Of a stretch of 64,000 nt of DNA, positions 28,912 through 38,000 are shown piece after piece (the stretch's first letter is position 1; each line of letters begins with the position of its first letter). Where the stretch lies: contig JAQGDQ010000261.1 in the NCBI GenBank assembly GCA_030141605.1, forward strand, positions 62,001 to 126,000, in the 5' to 3' direction. This stretch comes from Tubiluchus corallicola (lineage: Eukaryota; Animalia; Priapulida). A program made the translations under genes and the position numbers. The notes beneath the pieces were generated by a model that saw only the letters and a program-made list of their open reading frames with translations, did not search any database and had not been told where the DNA came from.

Positions 28912-31900
28912 TCAGTTATTAATAAAATTGATGGAGCTGCAGCGTCGACTGTGACTGAGCAGTCCGATCCTTGAGCGGCAGTTCCGGCTGCAGGTTACAC
29001 ATTGGAAGGCTGTTTCATCCGGATGAGGTAGGGCATCTTTCTGGTGCCTGCGAGTCCTTTTATCCTCTTGTTTTTCCTCCCTCGTTTTCTCCGCTCTGTT
29101 AATGGCTGTCCTAACAGCAGATTTCCAGTTGCTTCGATCTGCCGCAAGCGCCTCGTAATTTGCTGGTGTCATGCCGCCTGCCTTGAGGTCCCGTTTACAT
29201 ACATCTTTGTAGCGGAGCAGTGGCCTCCCGGTGGGTCGGGAGCCAGTAGCAAGCTCACCGTACAGAATGTCCTTGGGCAATCTGCCATCCTGCATGCGGG
29301 AAACATGGCCTAGCCAGCGCAAACGTCTGTTGGTGAGTATGGCATACATGCTAGGGATTCCAGCTTTTGCTAGCACATCCTTGTTGGTTATGTGCTCCTG
29401 CCATGAGATGCCCAGGATTCTTCTGAGGCAGCGTTGGTGGAAAGCATTGAGCCTGCGTTCTTGATGGCTATACAGAGTCCAACTCTCGCTCCCGTACAAC
29501 AGTGTGCTCAGTACACAGGCTTGGTACACCTGGGACTTTGTCCTGATAGTCAGCATGTTGTTTTCCCACACCCTCTTTGTTAAGCGAGCCATCGTTGATG
29601 AGGCCTTGCCGATTCTGGAGTTCAGTTCTGTGGCCAAGCTAAGATTGCTGGAAATAACAGAACCAAGATAGGTGAAATCTTCCACCACGTCAAGGCAGCA
29701 GTCATCGATGGAGATGTGAAGGGCTGGGGAAACATTTTGGCCTAAAACCTTGGTCTTTTGGATGCTGATTGTGAGGCCAAACTCACTGCAGGCATGGGCA
29801 AAGTTGTCAATGAGGCCTTGGAGGCCGGCTTCAGTGTGAGCTGTCAGTGCGGCATCATCTGCAAACAGCATTTCACGAATGAGAACTTTGCGAACCCGTG
29901 ACTTTGCTCGGAGACGAGAGAGGTTGAACAGGCTGCCGTCGCTTCGTGTGTGTAAATAGACTCCCTCTTCAGTTTCTTTAAATGCATAGCGCAGCAGCAG
30001 AGAGAACAGGATACCAAAGAGGGTTGGGGCGAGGACACATCCTTGTTTAACTCCGCTTTTGATTGGGAATGGGTGTGAGGAAGAGCCGTCGGACTGAACA
30101 GTACCTTTCATTTCCTCGTGGAAGGAAGTAATCAGTCTCAGCAGCTTTGGGGGGCATCCAATTCTCTGCAGGAGTGTAAACAGGCCCGATCTGCTAACCA
30201 AATCAAATGCTTTGGTCAAGTCAATGAATGCTATAAACAGGGGCCGTCGTTGTTCGCGGCATTTTTCCTGGAGCTGTCTTAGAGAGAATATCATGTCGAT
30301 GGTGGATCTCTCTGCCCTGAAACCGCATTGTGCTTCTGGGTAAACCCGTTCGGCGAGACGGTGGAGTCTGTTTAGTAGCACGCGGGCAAAGGTCTTTCCC
30401 ACGGTGGAGAGGAGGGATATTCCGCGATAGTTGTTGCAATCGCTCCGATCGCCTTTATTTTTGTAAAGGGTAATGATGTTGGCATCACGCATGTCCTGAG
30501 GCACAGTACCTTCATCCCAGCATTGTAAAAGGAGGTCGTGCAAATGCTCGAGGAGACAGGTTTGTTTACCTGCTTTAATGGCCTCTGGGGGTATACCATC
30601 ACTTCCAGGAGCTTTGCCGCTCGCCAGAGAGTCGATAGCTTTGATGAGCTCCTCACTGGTAGGTGGATCGTCGAGCTCCTCCATGACTGGCAAGGGGGTC
30701 GTGTATTCCACAGCTCTTTCTGTGACAGTGGTTTGTCTTGAGAACAGCTTTTGGTAGTGTTCTGCCCATCTCTCCATTTGTTTGGCACGGTCAGTGATGA
30801 TTTCTCCAGTGGTGGACTTCACAGGGGCAATCTTGGTGATACTGGGGCCAAAGGCCTTCTTCATTCCCTCATACATGCCGCGAATATTACCACGGTCAGC
30901 TGACGTTTGGATACTCACGCATATAGACTGCCAGTAATTGTTTGCGCACTGCCGGGCAATCCGCTGTACGTCGCTTCTGGCCTTCCTGAGAACTGCGAGT
31001 GTGCTTTCACTAGGATTTGCTTTGTAACTGAGGAGAGCAGTCCTTTTGTGGGAAATAGCTGGCTCAATGTCCATGATTCCAGCTTCAAACCAGTCTGGGT
31101 TCACTCTCTCTCTTTTTCCGAAGGTGTTGAGAGCAGACTTGTAAGTTACATCGCGTATGTGACTCCATCTTTCATCTGCGTTACCGGTTGGGTGGTCCTT
31201 GAGGGCTTCTTTCATGGTATCAGTATAGCGTTTTACTAGCTCAGGAACTGCGAACTTGGCAGTGTTAATGCGAGGTCGTCCTTTTGGCTTTGAATGATGG
31301 ATACGTTTTGGTTGTAGACGTACCTTGCTGGCGACCATTGAGTGGTCCGTGTCGCAATCTGCGCTATGGTAGCTGCGTGTGTTGTTGACACAGTTTAGCG
31401 AGGATCTTCGAGTAATGACGAGATCCAATTGGTGCCAGTGGCGAGATCTGGGGTGACGCCAGGACACTCTGTGGATGGGCTTTGTGGGGAAGAATGTATT
31501 CGTGATGCATAAATCATGATATGAGCACAATTCCAGTAATCTTTGCCCGTTTTCGTTCAGTTTGCCAACACCAAAATGACCAATACAGCGGGGCCAGTGG
31601 GACTGGTCGGAGCCGGTCCGAGCGTTGAAGTCTCCAAGCAGGAACAAGTACTCAGATGCGGGAATATTTTTGATGGCGGTCTCAAGCTCGGCGTAGAATT
31701 CATCTTTATTTTCTGCAGTCGCTAGGAGCGTTAGAGCATAAACGCTTAGGATATTTACGGGCCCTGTGGTGGTTGTGAGGCGAAGAGAAAGGGTACGAGC
31801 AGTGCCCTCTGAAGGTGGTTCGATAGCAGAGAGCAGAGAGTTCCTCACTGCAAAACCCACGCCATGCATGCGGTGCTCCTCTGGTGCCCTTCCTTGCCAG

Positions 31901-32148
31901 AAGAATGTATAGTCCTCTTCCTTTAAGCTGCCATTGGATGGAAGTCTGGTTTCCTGCAGCGCGGCAATATCGATGTTGAGCCGCTTGAGTTCATTGTTGA
32001 TGATGGCTGTTTTCCTTGCATCGTCAATCTGACTTGGATCATTGGCGATCCCAGGACATAAGGTCCTAACATTCCAGGTTGCCAGTCTAAGCGCTGGCGG
32101 CTTTAATTTCTTTCTTTTCTTTTTGCTTGGTGCAGGCTTTGCGGTATG
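28912..32148 (-). CDS. RTE polyprotein: AP endonuclease + reverse transcriptase + C2H2 finger (stop-to-stop frame, 1078 codons)
   Basis: LATWNVRT, ALQETRL, LGDFNAR, DTDH, YRGISLLS, FIDLTKAFD, GVKQGCVLAP, LFADD, FTYLGS, CVTC..H..RC; frame is open 93 codons upstream of the ATG at 31869. Confidence 0.93.
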   Translation of the reverse strand, partial: HTAKPAPSKKKRKKLKPPALRLATWNVRTLCPGIANDPSQIDDARKTAIINNELKRLNIDIAALQETRLPSNGSLKEEDYTFFWQGRAPEEHRMHGVGFAVRNSLLSAIEPPSEGTARTLSLRLTTTTGPVNILSVYALTLLATAENKDEFYAELETAIKNIPASEYLFLLGDFNARTGSDQSHWPRCIGHFGVGKLNENGQRLLELCSYHDLCITNTFFPTKPIHRVSWRHPRSRHWHQLDLVITRRSSLNCVNNTRSYHSADCDTDHSMVASKVRLQPKRIHHSKPKGRPRINTAKFAVPELVKRYTDTMKEALKDHPTGNADERWSHIRDVTYKSALNTFGKRERVNPDWFEAGIMDIEPAISHKRTALLSYKANPSESTLAVLRKARSDVQRIARQCANNYWQSICVSIQTSADRGNIRGMYEGMKKAFGPSITKIAPVKSTTGEIITDRAKQMERWAEHYQKLFSRQTTVTERAVEYTTPLPVMEELDDPPTSEELIKAIDSLASGKAPGSDGIPPEAIKAGKQTCLLEHLHDLLLQCWDEGTVPQDMRDANIITLYKNKGDRSDCNNYRGISLLSTVGKTFARVLLNRLHRLAERVYPEAQCGFRAERSTIDMIFSLRQLQEKCREQRRPLFIAFIDLTKAFDLVSRSGLFTLLQRIGCPPKLLRLITSFHEEMKGTVQSDGSSSHPFPIKSGVKQGCVLAPTLFGILFSLLLRYAFKETEEGVYLHTRSDGSLFNLSRLRAKSRVRKVLIREMLFADDAALTAHTEAGLQGLIDNFAHACSEFGLTISIQKTKVLGQNVSPALHISIDDCCLDVVEDFTYLGSVISSNLSLATELNSRIGKASSTMARLTKRVWENNMLTIRTKSQVYQACVLSTLLYGSESWTLYSHQERRLNAFHQRCLRRILGISWQEHITNKDVLAKAGIPSMYAILTNRRLRWLGHVSRMQDGRLPKDILYGELATGSRPTGRPLLRYKDVCKRDLKAGGMTPANYEALAADRSNWKSAVRTAINRAEKTREEKQEDKRTRRHQKDALPHPDETAFQCVTCSRNCRSRIGLLSHSRRCSSINFINN

Positions 32149-32752
32149 CTATTCGGAGTTTATCCTAAGCTCCAAGCACCCATTGGAGCAGGCAACCGTG
32201 ACGGGTCGGCACCTAATTGGCTGGGGGCTGCCCAGCTTAGGCGGGCGGTAGCCGACCATTGGGATGCGATGATCCCTCCCACCGTCGGAGGCAACCCGTA
32301 GCGCCCGAGCTCACGCCAATTCGCTCTAGGCTTATAACTCGTAACTGCTGCCTCCCGTGTTGTTTCTGTCACTGAAGCAGTGACACTAAAGTGGCCTCTC
32401 CAGGGCGCACGCCTGGGCAAGATATATGGAGATCCTGAGTTGCCCAGACATCAGGAACCCCCTCTCTTCCTCCCTGGTGTAGTCCAAAGGAAAGCAGAGC
32501 GATACGTTTGGCACCAGGTTGGCTGCAGGAGCAGCCGGAGTCAGTGAGCATGCTGCACTGGTCCGCCTTCGGGGCTCCACTCCTGATTTGGAAGGTTTAC
32601 TCCTCTACACATGGCCGTTGGGTCGCTTGACCTCCTCCGCCCTCTAGCCGTTGGCTGCTTATGCAGCTCCTCCGCCTAGTGTCGAGATACAGTGTAGGCA
32701 TCCCGCAAGCATTTTTATCGGTTATAGCGCCAATAGCTCGCTTTCACACCTA

Positions 32753-32912
32753 GCTCATTTAGTAAAACCAGTGTCGCCACGAGGAGGCAGAGCATAGGAG
32801 TTTGTCTGGCAGAGGTGGTAGAGTTGCACAAGCCTCTTGGAGCCACTTTGTAGGTCACTGGGAGCTCATCCCCGAGTGGCCAGCTCCGGCAATACCAAGA
32901 CCTTTAGACACC
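32753..32912 (-). ncRNA. HDV-like self-cleaving ribozyme at the RTE 5' end (predicted)
   Basis: P1 GGUGUC/GACACU with G1-U wobble; P3-L3 GCC UCCUCGU GGC; P1.1 GG; candidate catalytic C in ACUAA; P2 GCUC/GAGC. Confidence 0.7.
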
Positions 32913-34951
32913 CTGTATTTTGACTGTAATGTTTCTGTAATTTGTGGTTTTCATTTATATTGTGATTGTGGTTTCATTCTAACCAGAAGTACAGTTTTTT
33001 TGCTTAAACATGTAAATCTGTATTTTTTCTCCACTGTATTTTGACTGTAATGTTTCTGTAATTTGTGGTTTTCATTTATATTGTGATTGTGGTTTCATTC
33101 TAACCAGAAGTGCAGTTTTTTTGCTTAAACATGTAGTATAAATGTAGTTTTTAAAACTGTAGTCCTGTCTATCTTGTTCTATCAGATAATAAAATAGAAT
33201 AGTAAAATAAAATAATAATAAAATGGAAAATAAAATAACATCAGTAGTATAGTTATAAAAATGTTTAAAACCTTAAAAATAAAACCTGATAACCTTACAA
33301 TCTTGTTTTCTTGTCTATGTTGGAATTGATTTTGCTGAATAAATAAATTATACACAGTATATAAAGTGCCAAATAACATCAGAAACTTGTGAAAAGTAGT
33401 TTATGCACATTCAATTATGCATTCAAAAAAATTACAGACATAAACTGAATTAAAACATTACATTCTGATTATGTTGAATGAGTTGCAAGGCACAAACTGT
33501 TAAAAATGAATTACAAAGTGAATTACTGTGAGAATTACCTACATAAACAGGTATTCAATACATCTACTAAACGTACGAAAAGTTATGGTATTGCTTATGC
33601 TCAATAAATTATCTTCGTCTGCTGACACGCCCGTGCTGTAACGAGGGCCCCGGGTTCGCACACCACTGCGGCGAAACTTTTTCACCTCGCACAAAAGTAG
33701 CGCGATTTTTTTTATCAACGCGCGTACGGGACGAAGGAAGGCCCGAGCATGAAGTTCCACCGATTTCGGCTCGAATACGCGCGAAAAAAAGTGACCTCGG
33801 CGAGACGCGAACCCACAACCCTTTGCGTGCGACAGAGAAGATTGGGTGGGTGCCTTTGAATGCTGTTACTCTCCTGATCTTCATGGAAGGAAGATCCGAT
33901 ATTGCCATCACCATATTCAGAATCTGTGTCATCATCAGAACTCACATCTGTCTTTGTTGGCGTCAACATAGACTTGGGCGTGGTGGCACCCACTAGAAAG
34001 CTCTCCACTGAAGCTATTTTCTTAGATTTCTTCTTTGCTTTAGGCATTATAGCCTATTTGAGTCACTCGATCGATGATTACAGGCAAAAAATCGATTTAA
34101 AATACGTTATATTACAAATTTTTCGGTAATATAATCGAAAATATTTCCCAGCTTAAATTTTATAAACCGGCGCCATTTGCGACCGTCGAGAATTATGACA
34201 TAATGAAACGTAAAACTAAATTTGTTTTGGAAAAAAGTGACTTTATAATAATGATGGATGCTGCTTGACAATTTACAATGTATCGTTTACAATAATATCA
34301 TCATTATTATTAGCTCCATTAATATCATCATAACATTAAACTATCTAACGCTTTAACGAGAGAAACTATGTAGGGCACATAACTCGCTAACCCGTTTGCT
34401 TAGTAGAAAACAATTATTTGTCCAAGAGGGAGTGAAAAGGATTACCTGTCTGTGAAGCATGACAAAACAAAAAATTATATACCTTAAACAAATGTTGGAA
34501 TCGCCTTAAGAAGTGCGCTTATTTCAGTTCAAAGAAGATTAATATTGGCAAATATTAATTCTACTAGCTCAGGTGTATAATAAATTATTCAATTGACGTT
34601 TTTAATTATTATTATTATTATTACATAAACAAGGAGAACGGACGGTGTCAGTAGGCTTAACGAACTCAATTCGCGACCTGTCTCTAGTGTCCTACTTGGG
34701 CAGCCCCTGTACGACATGTCGTGCTTGGGCTAACTCATGTACGCCAAATGTCCTACTTTGGCTAGTGGTTTACTCGGCGCCCAACAACCCATATTGGTTA
34801 TACGTGCTAATGTGTAATCTGTATAACTCTGATACTCAATGTTAAACTAATAAGCTATAATGCATTAACTTAATATATTATTATAGCCTAAAATTATTTA
34901 TGTTTTAAAATTTAAGTTGAAAAGGTTTGCAGCTGTTTAGAACAACTTGTT

Positions 34952-35044
34952 ATGGCACCGACTAGGTGGGGAATACTTGGAGCAGGAAAGATAGCTAATG
35001 ATTTTGTGCTTGGTGTATTGACGTTATCAAGAGATGATCACCAG
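34952..35044 (+). CDS. DHDH: DHDH-like exon 1 (MAPTRWGILGAGKIANDFVLGVLTLSRDDHQ)
   Basis: ATG, Rossmann GxGxI, CAG/GT donor. Confidence 0.9.
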
Positions 35045-38000
35045 GTGTCAGTTTTTTAGCTTTACAAAGCAGGGCTCGAAAAATTTGTATAGGCCATGGT
35101 TATCCCGGGTAATTACCAGTGACTGATTTAAATGTGCAAATGTCATAAGAAAAATTTAGAAAAAGACGGATGCCTCCCATTGCCGTTGGTGCTCAAACAG
35201 ATGCCTTGGGATGAGACAAAAGTAATAATAATATTTTTGAAAACGTCTAGCAAAGTAAGTACACTTATCCCAGTAATTACAGGCCAATTGCTATAATGTC
35301 ATACTTTGGAAAATTAGTAGAAGTGATGATAGTTCCCAGACTCGAACAATTTTTGTGTGAAAACAATGCAAAAGGTTTTTGGGCAGGACACAGCACTGAG
35401 CGATAGTTATTTCGTTTACGATCTGTTATTAAAAAAGAGCTTATCTCAAAGAATTTCAGTAGACATTTGATAGTGTTTTCTTCACATGCTCATTTGGAAG
35501 CTTGTTCATATTGGTTTTAATGGATTCTTGTTAGGTGCTGTATAAAAGTTTTTAACAAATCGAATCATTCGTATTACATTTAACAACTTGACATCTAGAG
35601 AATAAGTCTGCAATACTGGCTTACCACAAGGCTCTGTGGCTTCACTAGTGCTATTTTCTTTTATGTAGCTGACATGTTTACAAATATTGAATATGTATTC
35701 AATAACATATGGACATGCAGATTTAGGTATGCACATGATGGGACTCTGGTGATCTCTGCAGATTCAAAATTTGAATGTTATTTACCATCGCAAAACTGCT
35801 GTGATAAAGTTTGCTTTGGTGTAAACAATGGCGACTAACTGTATACTGCGACCCTAACAAAACGGATGGATATCCTGTTCAGCCATTGGTGTTATAGGCA
35901 TATTCAGAATTCGCGAGAGGGCCATAGCATCTGGCAACAAGCATTTTCCTAGACCCAGGTACCCGATTTTTTCAAAATTTTGACTGAATACCTTGTAGAA
36001 AAGACAATTTAGTGGCGCCTAGAGGGGCTCTTGGTAGGAGATTTATAGCTCTTTGGGAAGAAGAGGAACAGAGTTACATGATGATTGGGTCTCTTTCAGA
36101 GGTGCTTCCTTCAAAAGGAATGGCTATGAGTTGATTAGCGGTTCCATTTTGGGCAATTCTTACTTGGAAAACTGCTGACGCAAAGCCATTGTTTTGGCGT
36201 CATCGATTGTACTTCACTTATAACTTTACTTCAGTAAAAGCCTCTGCTGGCTTTCAGTTATAAATGGAAACTATGTAGGATGTTCGCGCTTTATTGATTA
36301 TAAGTAGATTTGTAAGCACTTTTTTTTCGGGGTTTTTGCTAGTTTCTTATTAATAATTTGACACATTGTAAATTTAGTAGTGTTTTTTAATTATGTTTTA
36401 TTTTCTTATTTACATTATTCTGTTTAGATCTTTGCACTAACCTTGTAGTTGGAATTCTAAATACTTAAATGTGTATATTAGTAGAATTTTTTCCAGCAAA
36501 TAGAGGGCTGTATTAATATTGTTTATAAATAGTACAAAATAAAGATTTATTTATTTATTTATTTTAACGATTGATTGGTTGCTCAGCATAAAAATTAATC
36601 TGTGCTTCCCTGTTGGAGTTACCATCTCAAGCTGATAAACCTGCTGCTGTAAAAGTTTCTATACTGTGTTAATAAAGGAGTTTATATTGCTAAGTTATTA
36701 CAGTCACTTTTAAGGTCATTTTAAAGTGAGTTAGAAAGTTTGTGTGTTTTATAGAGCCGGCTTCTAGTTTTAACTGATTTTGAAATACCAGGTGTAATGA
36801 AGGGTTTTCGAAGAGATATTGTTTTTCTTGCTAAGTGTACAAATCAGGGCATGTTTCAAATGACTCCAAGAAATAGAAGGCATCATTTATATTTTATCTT
36901 GACTACTGAAAATATTAGAAAGCAAATGTTCAAAATCTCTAAAAAAAATTGGCAGAAATAAATCATTTAGTATCTCTTATTTGTATTTGAGACTTATTGT
37001 AATTTCTCTGAGGTGAGCTGGCAACGATGAGCAGACGGTAATACACTTCATACTGAATGATGCCAGTGGTGAGGAGATTTTGAAACTCTTTAGCATGGAT
37101 GAACCCTAGCAGATAAAAGGCATAACCCTACTTAAATGTAGGTAACCCAGCAGACTACTAACAAAGTGATTTCATTGTCCAATGCAAAAATTGGTTGGCC
37201 CGGGTAACCGGTTTTTCGAGCCCTGCAAAATTTGGATATTATGCTTAATAACTTTAACTGGACTTAACAGCTTCAACACTCTAAATATTCTAATTGCCGT
37301 TTAATATGCAGTGACCCGTAATTCTTATCATCTCTCGAGAAGTTGATTGACATTGGATTCCTTTAAGTTACTAAAGAAACTTGAAGTGTTTAACAGGTAA
37401 TACAAAAAGATTGTCCTTCAATGGTGATAGAGAATTAAAAACAGCAAAACAAACTTAGTGAAGTTGTTGTGTTCTCGTGAAACCTGAAATGACTACTACT
37501 TTTCTCCAGGCCTGCTGTATCCACAATCTTCAAAGGTGCCTAAGCATCTATTTGCGAAAGGCCAAAATCTCAGAGTAGGCAGCATTATACAGTCTGCTTT
37601 AAATTCCCTTTTCCAAGCAGTGTTGCTGAGACTTGTACTTCCTAAAGTAACAACTGAATACAGGTGCTGCTGTATGCTAGGTCCAGAATGCCAGATTAAG
37701 TGATAATGCTGAGTTCTTGTTTTAGGAATTTTTTAGAAAAAGTTGGTGAACTTTTTTGCATTTTCTGTCTTTCAGTTTTGATATCAAAACTTAAATAACT
37801 GTTGGTTTGTGGTAGGGATGTACTGGATCCAGTTCTGGATCATGGTATCCGGTAATTCTAATGGATCGTGTCCAGCAGAAACATAAGTCAGATTTTGCAT
37901 TGTTTGCATTTCTATTTTTCTGTGTAAAACTACCGATTATGCACCAATTGTGAAAAAATTAGAACAGGTAAGAAAAATTGTACATAACACTTTAATTACC

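Larger units (their letters stand above)
28844..32912 (-). mobile_element. Full-length RTE-clade LINE
   Basis: 15-bp TSD CTGTATTTTGACTGT (28829-28843, 32913-32927); (CAA)n tail after GAGACAGAAGGATGC; APE+RT ORF; ~0.65-0.75 kb GC-rich 5' UTR. Confidence 0.97.
26489..33856 (+). mobile_element. Same putative transposon, tandem copy 3 (interrupted by RTE)
   Basis: Junction GGTGCCTT|TGCGCCTCC; more diverged; different internal deletion; ends GGGTGGGTGCCTT. Confidence 0.8.
35070..37225. mobile_element. hAT-like element with 14-bp TIR carrying nested debris
   Basis: CAGGGCTCGAAAAA ... TTTTTCGAGCCCTG; no clean 8-bp TSD seen. Confidence 0.55.
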
